A stretch of DNA of 64,000 nt from an uncultured Fibrobacteria bacterium (GTDB taxonomy: Bacteria > Fibrobacterota > Fibrobacteria > UBA11236). A program made the position numbers and the translations under genes. Positions 1 through 11,780 of this stretch are shown here, piece by piece. The stretch lies in the NCBI GenBank assembly GCA_963716395.1, contig OY970309.1:1952001-2016000 (forward strand), written 5' to 3'. The stretch's first letter is position 1. Each line of letters starts with the position of its first letter. The notes below the pieces were generated by a model, which saw only the letters and a program-made list of their open reading frames with translations, made no database searches and was not told where the DNA came from.

Positions 1-1
1 C

Positions 2-874
2 TTGCTCGTCAGTCGGCGCGACGATTTGGATCGCATCTTCGCCTCGGGCCGCAAGCTCATCGCCGTGCACGCCGAAGACGACGACATGATCAAGGCCAAT
101 CAGGCCGCCTTCGGCGACGCGGCCACCTTGTTCGATCACCCGCGCATCCGGTCTCCGGAATCGGCGCTGGCCGCGACGCGGCTGGCCGTGGAATTATCCC
201 GGCGGTATCACCGCCGGCTGCACGTGCTGCACCTGACCACCGAGGAAGAAGTCGATTTTCTCCGGGCCGAAAAAATTCCGGGCGTGATTTCGGCCGAAGT
301 GTGCCCCCAGCATTTCGTGCTCCAGGCCCCCGACGCCTATGCGCGCCTCGGGACCTTCGCGCAGATGAACCCGCCTATTCGTGAGGAACGTCACGGGAAA
401 GCGTTATGGCAGGCGTTGCGCGACGGCGTCCTCGAATGCCTGGCCACGGATCATGCGCCGCATACCCAAGCCGAAAAGGCCAAGCCTTACCCGCAAGCGC
501 CGGCCGGCATGCCGGGCGTGGAAACGCTTTTGCCCTTGATGCTGAACAGGGTCAACCAAGGCCTGTGCACCTTGCCCGATCTCGTGCGCTGGATGTGCGC
601 AGGCCCGGCACGGCTGTACGGCATGGTCGGCAAAGGGCGCATCGAACCGGGTTACGATGCCGATTTGGTGCTGGTCGATTTGCGCGCCGAGCGCACCGTT
701 GCAAACGGGCATTTGCAGACCAAGGTGAATTGGAGCCCGTATGCCGGCATGCGCATCACGGGCTGGCCGGTGATGACCATGGTGCGCGGCCACATCGTGT
801 TCCGCGAGGGAAAGGTTTCGGAAGAAATCGTGGGGCGGCCCCTTCGCTTTGACCCGCCCTGGGAAAAGACCTGA
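2..874 (+). CDS. pyrC: Dihydroorotase (amidohydrolase superfamily), 5'-truncated at window edge
   Basis: Motifs VHAED, LHVLHLTT, EVCPQH, MNPPIR, ATDHAPH, GMPGVET, GYDADLVLVD, WSPYAG. Confidence 0.85.
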   Translation: MLVSRRDDLDRIFASGRKLIAVHAEDDDMIKANQAAFGDAATLFDHPRIRSPESALAATRLAVELSRRYHRRLHVLHLTTEEEVDFLRAEKIPGVISAEVCPQHFVLQAPDAYARLGTFAQMNPPIREERHGKALWQALRDGVLECLATDHAPHTQAEKAKPYPQAPAGMPGVETLLPLMLNRVNQGLCTLPDLVRWMCAGPARLYGMVGKGRIEPGYDADLVLVDLRAERTVANGHLQTKVNWSPYAGMRITGWPVMTMVRGHIVFREGKVSEEIVGRPLRFDPPWEKT

Positions 875-885
875 AGCGGACCCAA

Positions 886-928
886 AGTTGACTAAGTACT
901 TGACCAAGTTCTGGGCGCGGGGTATATT
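886..928 (+). promoter_or_regulatory. Sigma70-type promoter of the TA operon with overlapping tandem operator palindromes
   Basis: TTGACC (900-905), N17, TATATT (923-928), then 6 nt to the ATG at 935. Two tandem 12-mers, AGTTGACTAAGT (886-897) and ACTTGACCAAGT (898-909; ACTTG-NN-CAAGT), overlap the -35 box. Confidence 0.7.
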
Positions 929-934
929 TGCCGT

Positions 935-1162
935 ATGCAAATCACCGTCCACGAAGCCAAAACGCATTTGAGCCGGCTGCTGGTCCAAGTGCAGGCCGGA
1001 GAAGAAATCATTCTGGCCCGCGGCAAAGAGCCCATCGCCAAGCTCGTGCCTTTGAAGACGCGCAAGGCCAAGCGCGTTCCCGGCCGCGATCGGGGCAAAC
1101 TGTGGATCGCTCCCGATTTCGACAAGCTGCCCAAGGAGATCGAGGATTCGTTTTATCGCTGA
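935..1162 (+). CDS. Type II antitoxin, Phd/YefM family
   Basis: MQITVHEAKTHLSRLL...GEEIILARGKEPIAKLVP is the typical Phd/YefM N-terminus. It precedes a PIN toxin. Confidence 0.92.
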   Translation: MQITVHEAKTHLSRLLVQVQAGEEIILARGKEPIAKLVPLKTRKAKRVPGRDRGKLWIAPDFDKLPKEIEDSFYR

Positions 1163-1541
1163 CACCCACGTCTGGCTGTGGTGGAATGATGAAACGAACC
1201 GATTGAACCAGGAGGCTCGGTCTTGGTTGGAAGACCCGGACAACGAAGTCTGTCTCTCCGTCGCCAGCATCTGGGAAATGAGCATCAAATTTTCCCTGGG
1301 CAAGTTGAGGTTGCCGCAACCTGTTCGCCCATACGTCCTGACCCGCGTGGCCAAAGACGCATTCACCTTGCTCGACATTCAGGCCAAGCATGCGTTGGAG
1401 TGCGCCGCCCTGCCTTGGCATCATCGCGATCCCTTTGATCGCATGCTGGCGGCCCAGGCCAAAATCGAACGCGTTCCCCTGCTCACGGCCGATCCGGTGT
1501 TCGGCAAATACGGGGTGAAAATCCTGAAAGCCGCGGCTTAA
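1146..1541 (+). CDS. vapC: Type II toxin, VapC/PIN-domain ribonuclease (probable ATT start at 1146)
   Basis: The frame upstream of the called TTG (1203) reads IRFIADTHVWLWW, followed by SVASIWE, HHRDPFDRML and LLTAD PIN motifs. AAGGAG lies at 1133-1138. Confidence 0.88.
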   Translation: MRFIADTHVWLWWNDETNRLNQEARSWLEDPDNEVCLSVASIWEMSIKFSLGKLRLPQPVRPYVLTRVAKDAFTLLDIQAKHALECAALPWHHRDPFDRMLAAQAKIERVPLLTADPVFGKYGVKILKAAA

Positions 1542-1574
1542 GCCGGATTCCGCCGGCCTCCCGGCCAAATTTTT

Positions 1575-1602
1575 ATATCTTTATATCGCGATATATTGAT
1601 AT
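1575..1602. promoter_or_regulatory. Putative SahR operator(s): two overlapping ATATC-N10-GATAT palindromes
   Basis: ATATCTTTATATCGCGATAT (1575-1594) and ATATCGCGATATATTGATAT (1583-1602) lie directly upstream of sahR-metH. They resemble the 20-bp SahR palindrome as I recall it (ATATCAA-N6-TTGATAT). Confidence 0.6.
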
Positions 1603-1645
1603 ATATTTTGGTATATTACGGCGGCCCCCCAGGGTCGGCACAGCC

Positions 1646-2580
1646 ATGCCCATGGATCTCGACATTGAACAACTGACCTCGGTGTACAAGCTGCTCGGCG
1701 ACGAGACGCGTCTGCGCGTGTTGGCCCTGCTGCGCGATCACGAATTGGCCGTGGGCGAAATCCAGAAAATCCTGGGGCTGGGCCAAAGCACCCTGTCGTC
1801 GCAATTGGCCGCGCTCAAGGATCAGAACCTGGTGCTCAGCCGCAAAGAGGGGCAGAAGGTGTATTACCGCCTGCCCGCCGCGCCCGCCTCGCCGCGTCTG
1901 GCCCTCATGCGCAGCGCGCTGGACAACGTGGTTGCGGCGCGTTGGTATGCGCGCGATCGCCGCCACCTGCAAAAAACCCTGGGCGAGCGGCAAGAAGCCT
2001 CGCGCGCGTTCTTCAACCGCGAAGCCGTGCAGAACCGCACGTCGCCCGGCCAAACCTGGCAGGCCCTGGCGCTGGGATTGTTGCACCTGCCGAGCGGCCG
2101 GCGCATCGCCGATCTTGGCTGCGGCAGCGGCCGCCTGGCGCGCCTGTTCGCCGCCGCCGGGCATCGCGTCACGGCCGTCGACAACAGCGAAGAGCAAATC
2201 CGCCTGGCGCAAAAAACCTCCCGGCCGTCGTCGGGTGCCCTGGAATTCCGCCTGGCATCGATGGAGGCCACGGGACTGCCGGCCGCCTCCTTCGACGTGG
2301 TGCTGCTGTCGCAATCGCTGCATCATGCCGCCAATCCCCAAGACGTCCTGCGCGAAGCCTATCGCCTGACCGAGGCAGGCGGACGGGTTTTGATTCTCGA
2401 TTTGCTGGCGCATGAGGAAGACTGGATGCGCGCCAAGTTCGGGGATTTCTGGCTCGGGTTTTCCGAAGCCGATTTGCAAGCCTGGATACAAGAGGCGGGC
2501 TTCCGCGTGGTGCATCTGGAAATCACCGAGCCTTCGCCCGAATACCCGGATCTCGAAGGTCTGCTGGCCGTGGGGGAAAA

Positions 2581-2584
<4 letters not shown>
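1646..2584 (+). CDS. sahR: ArsR-family regulator fused to SAM-dependent methyltransferase (SahR-type)
   Basis: N-terminal ArsR HTH ([10 protein letters not shown]...[12 protein letters not shown]...RKEGQKVYY) and C-terminal IADLGCGSG methyltransferase domain. Its stop overlaps the metH start (GTGA). Confidence 0.85.
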
Positions 2585-6285
<3,701 letters not shown>

Positions 6286-6295
6286 GTCGGCTGCA

Positions 6296-7318
6296 TCAAG
6301 CAGCGGATTCCGATTTGAGGGCGTAGACCCGCAGTTGATCCCCGCAGCCGTGATGCACCGGCCAGTATATTAAGCGCCACCAGAAGGCGTTCCAGGCCCG
6401 GCGCAACAGAGCGCTGCCGCCGGCAGGCGGACTTTCCCGTTCCACTTCGATGCCTGCCCGAATGCGCAGATTTTCGGTCCATTGCCGGCGGGCGTCGCCG
6501 GGCGACGGAGCGTTGTGATCATTGCCGCGTTCGCGCAACAAAGAGCGGCCCGAGGTGAAGGTGCGCATCTCGGCAAAGCCGGCCGCGCGCAACAACCGGG
6601 TCAACCCCGCCGCCGTGAAATGGGTGAGATGCTGCGAAGGGATGTAATAGAACCAATGCCTTCCGAGCGCCCGCCGGAACAGGCTGTTGTGATTCGGCGT
6701 GGACAGCATGAGCTGCCCGCCGGGCCGCAAATGCGCGAAAGCCCAGCGCAGCAAGTCGGCGGGCCGGGGCAGGTGTTCGACGACTTCCCAGGCGGTGATG
6801 AGATCGTAGTGGTGCGGCCAGTCGACGGACAGTACATCGGCGGTCGCGACCTGCAAGCCGAGTTTTTCGCGGGCGTAACCGGACTGGAGGGGGGAGAGCT
6901 CCGTACCTTCCACGCTTCCGTAATCGGCACGGCACTCCGCCAGAAAATGTCCGAAACCGCAACCGAGATCGAGCACCGACAGGCGCCGGAGTTGGTTCGG
7001 CGCGACGGAAAATCGCTCGCGGCGCAAATCCCGCATCCGGCCTGCCATGAGGTTGTGCAGCATGGCCTCGCGTTGTGGGGAAAGGGGAGAGGGATTGAGC
7101 CGGTACATGGCTTCGGCCGCCGCCGCCGAGAGACGGGGCGAAATGAAATGCAGCCCGCAGCCGCCGCAGCGGCGCAACACGGTCGGACCCAAGCGCCGCA
7201 CGGGCTTGGATTTCGGGGTGGCGCATACCGGGCAACCCGTTTCTTCCAGGAATTCCGCCCCCCATCGGCCGAGAAAATCCGTCCCGGGAGGGGGCGCGGC
7301 TGCGCGAGGAATCGGCAT
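6296..7318 (-). CDS. Class I SAM-dependent methyltransferase with N-terminal CxxC...CxxC zinc motif
   Basis: CPVC...RRCGGCG, VLDLGCGFGHFL, WEVVEHLPRP, LRPGG. Start placed at ATG 7318 (MPIPR), 6 nt after TATGCT; the longer call would overlap the DoxX gene. Confidence 0.85.
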   Translation of the reverse strand: MPIPRAAAPPPGTDFLGRWGAEFLEETGCPVCATPKSKPVRRLGPTVLRRCGGCGLHFISPRLSAAAAEAMYRLNPSPLSPQREAMLHNLMAGRMRDLRRERFSVAPNQLRRLSVLDLGCGFGHFLAECRADYGSVEGTELSPLQSGYAREKLGLQVATADVLSVDWPHHYDLITAWEVVEHLPRPADLLRWAFAHLRPGGQLMLSTPNHNSLFRRALGRHWFYYIPSQHLTHFTAAGLTRLLRAAGFAEMRTFTSGRSLLRERGNDHNAPSPGDARRQWTENLRIRAGIEVERESPPAGGSALLRRAWNAFWWRLIYWPVHHGCGDQLRVYALKSESAA

Positions 7319-7369
7319 GCGACAAGCATACCATGGCAAACTTTCTACTTCTCCGGGAAGAGGTAACCC

Positions 7370-7837
7370 ATGAAGCGCTCCGCATCCCTGTTCGACTTCG
7401 CCGCGAATTTGTTGAACCGGTGCTTCGACGCCGTGAACTTTTTTTCGTGGTTCCCGCCTTTGCTGGCGCGCCTCACCGTGGGCTGCGTGTTCGTGGAATC
7501 GGGCTGGGGCAAGCTGCATCATCTCGACAAGGTGATCGGTTTTTTCACCGACCTCGGGTTGGTGGCCCCCTCGTTCCAAGCGCATCTCGTGGCCGGAACC
7601 GAATTCATCTGCGGCACCTTAGTGCTCATCGGTTTGTGCACGCGCTTTGCGTCGGTGCCGCTGATCGTCGTCATGGTGGTGGCGATCCTAACCGCCAAGC
7701 GCGACGATTTGCATGGATACTCTGATCTCATCGGGTTTGCGGAATATTGCTACATCGTGCTGCTGATTTGGCTCGGCATCGGCGGGGCCGGTTTCTTTTC
7801 CGTCGATGCGTTTCTGGCGCGGCGTTTCCGAAAATGA
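7370..7837 (+). CDS. DoxX family membrane protein
   Basis: LLARLTVGCVFVESGWGKL, AGTEFICG..VLIGL.TR.A, GAGFFSVDA; four hydrophobic segments. Confidence 0.9.
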   Translation: MKRSASLFDFAANLLNRCFDAVNFFSWFPPLLARLTVGCVFVESGWGKLHHLDKVIGFFTDLGLVAPSFQAHLVAGTEFICGTLVLIGLCTRFASVPLIVVMVVAILTAKRDDLHGYSDLIGFAEYCYIVLLIWLGIGGAGFFSVDAFLARRFRK

Positions 7838-7925
7838 ATAGATGACCATGATTGAAACTGTTTTGTAACTTTCGTCGTTCCCACCCCAATCCCTGGATGC
7901 AGGGAAACCAAAGAAAGGGTTTGCC

Positions 7926-8303
7926 ATGAAAAAAATCTCCTTGCTCAGCCAATTGGCCATGGCCGGCATCGCCGCCGGTCTGGCTACCACAGTCGCCACG
8001 GCCGAACCAGCCGCCGATTCCGCCAAGGCACCCATGGCCGATAGTGCCAAGCCGATGATGAAAAAGCAGCACAAACACATGGCGAAGAAAGCCATGGCCG
8101 ATTCTTCGAAGATGGCGATGGACCTTCCCAAGCACGATTGCAAAGGCTTGAACGACTGCAAAGGCCAGGGCGGCTGCAAAACCACCAAAGCCGAACTCAA
8201 AGCCCGCGCCGAAAAGGCCGGTATCTCCATGGCCGGCCACAAAGCTCACAGTTGCAAAGGCAAGAACGATTGCAAAGGCTTGGGCGGCTGCAAGACGACC
8301 TGA
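7926..8303 (+). CDS. Secreted Cys-rich bufferin (BufA2)-like metallophore/RiPP precursor
   Basis: Sec-type signal peptide, Met/His/Lys-rich linker, and two copies of HxCKGxNDCKGxGGCKTT. Directly downstream of DoxX. Confidence 0.7.
   Translation: MKKISLLSQLAMAGIAAGLATTVATAEPAADSAKAPMADSAKPMMKKQHKHMAKKAMADSSKMAMDLPKHDCKGLNDCKGQGGCKTTKAELKARAEKAGISMAGHKAHSCKGKNDCKGLGGCKTT
8133..8300 (+). repeat. Intragenic duplication, 2 x 54 bp, encoding the Cys motif
   Basis: 8133-8186 encodes HDCKGLNDCKGQGGCKTT and 8247-8300 encodes HSCKGKNDCKGLGGCKTT. Confidence 0.9.
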
Positions 8304-8330
8304 GCGTCCCCCTTCGGCTGCACGGCTTTC

Positions 8331-8358
8331 AAACCCCTTCGTCGCGAAGGGGTTTTTT
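8331..8358 (+). terminator. Intrinsic terminator
   Basis: AAACCCCTTCG-TCG-CGAAGGGGTTT followed by a T-run. Confidence 0.85.
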
Positions 8359-8390
8359 ATTTCCGGCGCAGGCTTTATAATTTCCCGGAT

Positions 8391-9038
8391 ATGACGCTGT
8401 CCCCGCTGTGGATTTTCCTCGACTTCGACGGTGTGATCATGGATTCGATGGCGCTCAAGCTCGACGCCTATTGCTTCGCTTTGCAGGAATACGGATTTCC
8501 GCGCGCGCGCATCCGTGAACAGCAATTGCGCTTCGCCGGCCTGACCCGAGCCTTGACCTTGCCCCGGATGTTCGAGGCCTTGGCCGGTTCGCCGCTGCCG
8601 GAAGAAGCCGGCCGCCGCGCCTTGCAGCGTTTCAACCAAGAGGATGATCGGCTGCGATCGCGCATGCAACTCAAATCCGGCGCGCGCGAGTTTTTGCTGG
8701 CCTTGCGCAACCGCATTCCCCTGGTCGTCATCACCGGCACGCCGCAAGCCGCAATCGACGAAACCGTCGCGTTTTTCCAACTCGCATCGTTTTTCCGCGA
8801 GGTGTGCGGCTATCCTCCGGTCAAGGCCGAACATTTACGGGCGCAACTGGAGAAGCGAAACCTCGCCGCCGGGCAGGCGCTTTATGTCGGAGACGCCATC
8901 AAGGATTTCGAAGCCGCCGAAGCCAGCGGCATTCCCTTCGTGGGGATCAATAACGGGGACAATCCCTTTGTGGGAAAATCCCTTGCCGCCGAGTTCCCCG
9001 GCTTGGGCGAATTGGTTCCCGCGCTGGGACTGCGGTAA
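8391..9038 (+). CDS. HAD-superfamily hydrolase
   Basis: Motif I FLDFDGVIMDS, ITGTP, K, motif IV YVGDAIKD. Confidence 0.9.
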   Translation: MTLSPLWIFLDFDGVIMDSMALKLDAYCFALQEYGFPRARIREQQLRFAGLTRALTLPRMFEALAGSPLPEEAGRRALQRFNQEDDRLRSRMQLKSGAREFLLALRNRIPLVVITGTPQAAIDETVAFFQLASFFREVCGYPPVKAEHLRAQLEKRNLAAGQALYVGDAIKDFEAAEASGIPFVGINNGDNPFVGKSLAAEFPGLGELVPALGLR

Positions 9039-9148
9039 AGAACCCTCGCGGCGCTTGACCTGCGGAAGGACGGATCCGGATTCGGGTTGGTACCTTTCCT
9101 TCCCCGAAGTTTTTTTGCGGCGCAGCCCCCGGTTAAAAAAAAGGACGT

Positions 9149-10768
9149 ATGCTCTCGGTCAATAATCTCTCCCTCGCTTACGGCAAACGCGTCTTGTTCA
9201 AGGACGTGGATCTCAAATTCACGCCCGGCAATTGCTACGGCATCATCGGCGCCAACGGGGCGGGCAAATCCACCTTCGTCAAGATTTTGTCGGGGGAAGT
9301 CGAACCCGATTCCGGCAGCGTGAACCTCAATCCCGGCCTGCGGCTGGGGACGCTCAAGCAAAACCAGTTCGAATTCGATGAAGTGCCGGTTTTGCAAACC
9401 GTCATCATGGGCCACCGGGTTTTGTACGAGGTGATCCGGGAAAAGGACGCGCTGTACGCCAAGCCCGATTTTTCCGAGGCCGATGGCCTGCGTGCTTCGA
9501 TTTTGGAAGGCGAATACGCCGACTTGAACGGCTGGAACGCGGAATCCGAAGCGGCCTCCATGCTCAGCGGCCTGGGCCTGAGGGAGGAGCGCCACGGGCT
9601 TTTGATGAAGGAATTGACCGGCGGGGAAAAGGTGCGCGTGCTTTTGGCGCAGGCCTTGTTCGGGAATCCCGGTGTGCTCCTCTTGGACGAACCGACCAAC
9701 AACCTGGATCTGGACTCGGTGGCCTGGTTGGAGGAATTCCTCTACCAATTCGAGAACACCGTCATCGTGGTGTCGCATGACCGGCATTTTCTCGACAAGG
9801 TTTGCACGCATCTATGCGACATCGATTATCAGAAGATTTCGCTGTACACCGGCAATTACAGTTTTTGGTACGAGTCCAGCCAATTGGCCCTGACGCAAAA
9901 ACGCGACACCAACAAGAAAAAGGAAGACAAGATGAAGGAGTTGCAAACCTTCATCGCCCGCTTTTCCGCCAACGCCTCCAAATCGAAGCAGGCCACTTCG
10001 CGCAAGAAATTGCTGGAGAAAATCACTTTGGATGACCTCCGTCCTTCCACGCGGCAATACCCCTTCATCCTCTTCAAACCGGAACGGGAAGCGGGCAAGG
10101 TCATATTGGAAATCGAAGGCTTGTCCCAGGATCTGGAGGGCAAGGCCTTGTTTCAAAACTTCGAACTCAATGCGCGCCACGGCGACAAGATTGCCTTCGT
10201 GGGCCGTGACGACTTGCCCGCCACCACCTTATTCCGGATTCTGGCGGGTCAAATCCCACCCGATCGCGGCTTTTTCCGCTGGGGCGCCTCGGTGGTCTGG
10301 GCCGATTTTCCCAAGGACAACGCCGCTTTTTTCGACACGGATCTCAACCTGGTGGATTGGCTGCGGCAATTCGCCAGGGAAAAGGAACAAGACGAACAAT
10401 TCATCCGGGGGTGGCTGGGCAAGATGCTGTTTTCCGGGGAAGAATCCTTGAAAAGCGCCCGGGTGCTTTCCGGGGGCGAAAAGGTGCGCTGCATGTTGGC
10501 GCGCATGATGCTTCTGCAGGCCAACGTGCTGATGTTGGATGAGCCCACCAACCATTTGGATCTGGAGGCCATCACTTCGCTGAACAACGCGCTCAAGGAT
10601 TTTCCGGGTACCGTGCTTTTCACCTCGCAGGATCATCAATTCGTGCAAACCATCGCCACGCGCATCATCGAACTTACCCCCAAGGGCTTCCTCGATCGCA
10701 CGCTTGCCTACGACGAATACCTCGCCAGCCCGGACATTCAAAAAGTGCGGGCCAAGCTTTACGCTTGA
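9149..10768 (+). CDS. ABC-F family ATPase (YbiT/YkpA-like)
   Basis: Two ABC domains (GANGAGKST, LTGGEK, LLLDEPTN; LSGGEK, MLDEPTNH) and no transmembrane segments. Confidence 0.93.
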   Translation: MLSVNNLSLAYGKRVLFKDVDLKFTPGNCYGIIGANGAGKSTFVKILSGEVEPDSGSVNLNPGLRLGTLKQNQFEFDEVPVLQTVIMGHRVLYEVIREKDALYAKPDFSEADGLRASILEGEYADLNGWNAESEAASMLSGLGLREERHGLLMKELTGGEKVRVLLAQALFGNPGVLLLDEPTNNLDLDSVAWLEEFLYQFENTVIVVSHDRHFLDKVCTHLCDIDYQKISLYTGNYSFWYESSQLALTQKRDTNKKKEDKMKELQTFIARFSANASKSKQATSRKKLLEKITLDDLRPSTRQYPFILFKPEREAGKVILEIEGLSQDLEGKALFQNFELNARHGDKIAFVGRDDLPATTLFRILAGQIPPDRGFFRWGASVVWADFPKDNAAFFDTDLNLVDWLRQFAREKEQDEQFIRGWLGKMLFSGEESLKSARVLSGGEKVRCMLARMMLLQANVLMLDEPTNHLDLEAITSLNNALKDFPGTVLFTSQDHQFVQTIATRIIELTPKGFLDRTLAYDEYLASPDIQKVRAKLYA

Positions 10769-10941
10769 ACGCGCGGCGGGGTTCGCCCTCAAACCCATTC
10801 CCGGGTCCGCACCGGCGGACACCTTGAAATTCCACGATCGACTCCCGTCTTGGGCTGTGAAAATCCTTGCGAACCGCCTGTGGTTTATTTTACCACGCCG
10901 AATAGTGCTTTGAATGCGTCCGTTCCGCTCCGCGAAGTACT

Positions 10942-11769
10942 ATGGACATGTTCATGCGGCCTGTTTTTGAATACCTGGATTACCGCAAGTATCTGAAAGA
11001 AGCTTTCGAGGAGCGCAGACTCGTGGACGCGCGCCTTTCCTACCGCACCCTGGCCGGTTCGCTGGGACTGGACGGGAGCAACCTCCATAAAATCCTTCTG
11101 GGGCGCGGTCATTTGCCGACGCGTTGCCAATCCCGCGTTCTCGAGTTTCTGGGGTTGGGTCACCGCGAAGCGGAATATTTCCTTCTGCTCACCGCCTACG
11201 CGAGGGAGCGAAGCGTGCAGGGCCGGAAAGAGATCCTCGACCGGGCGAAAATCCTGCAAGACGTTGCCCGCAAATCCCTGGAAGACCGCGAACTGTTGTT
11301 CTACCGGGATTGGTGGACCTCGGTGATTCGATTGCTGCTTGAAGTCCACCAAGGTCAAGCCATTCCCGAGCGGCTGGCGAAAAGTGTTATTCCACCCATA
11401 ACGGAAGCGGAGGCCCGGGGATCCCTCGATTTACTATTCGAACTGGGATTGGTGAAAAAGGTCGGATCGGGACGTTTGCAGCTCGCGGCGCCGCATCTCA
11501 CGGCGGGAGGTGATTCAAAAGCCCAAGCCGTTCACGCCTACCAAAAGCAAGTGCTCGCATTGGCGGGCGCCGCGTTGGATCGTTTTTCCAAAGACGAACG
11601 CGACGTGTCGACGGTGACCTTTCCCATTGACGCCCAATCCTTCGCCACCATCCGCGATATTCTGAGGGAATGCCGCCGTCAAATCCAGAAGCAGGCCGAC
11701 TTGACCCGCCAACCGAAACGCGTGATGCAATTGGCCATCGCCTTTTTCCCCGTCTCGGATTTTCTCTAG
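10942..11769 (+). CDS. TIGR02147 family protein (Fibrobacter paralogous family, DUF4423)
   Basis: Characteristic VFEYLDYRKYLK...SYR, FYRDWW..IR.L, I.PPIT..EA..SL.LL..LGL, ERDVST.T, V.QL.I..FP. Start could be 10948 or 10954. Confidence 0.85.
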   Translation: MDMFMRPVFEYLDYRKYLKEAFEERRLVDARLSYRTLAGSLGLDGSNLHKILLGRGHLPTRCQSRVLEFLGLGHREAEYFLLLTAYARERSVQGRKEILDRAKILQDVARKSLEDRELLFYRDWWTSVIRLLLEVHQGQAIPERLAKSVIPPITEAEARGSLDLLFELGLVKKVGSGRLQLAAPHLTAGGDSKAQAVHAYQKQVLALAGAALDRFSKDERDVSTVTFPIDAQSFATIRDILRECRRQIQKQADLTRQPKRVMQLAIAFFPVSDFL

Positions 11770-11780
11770 GATCCTCCGCT

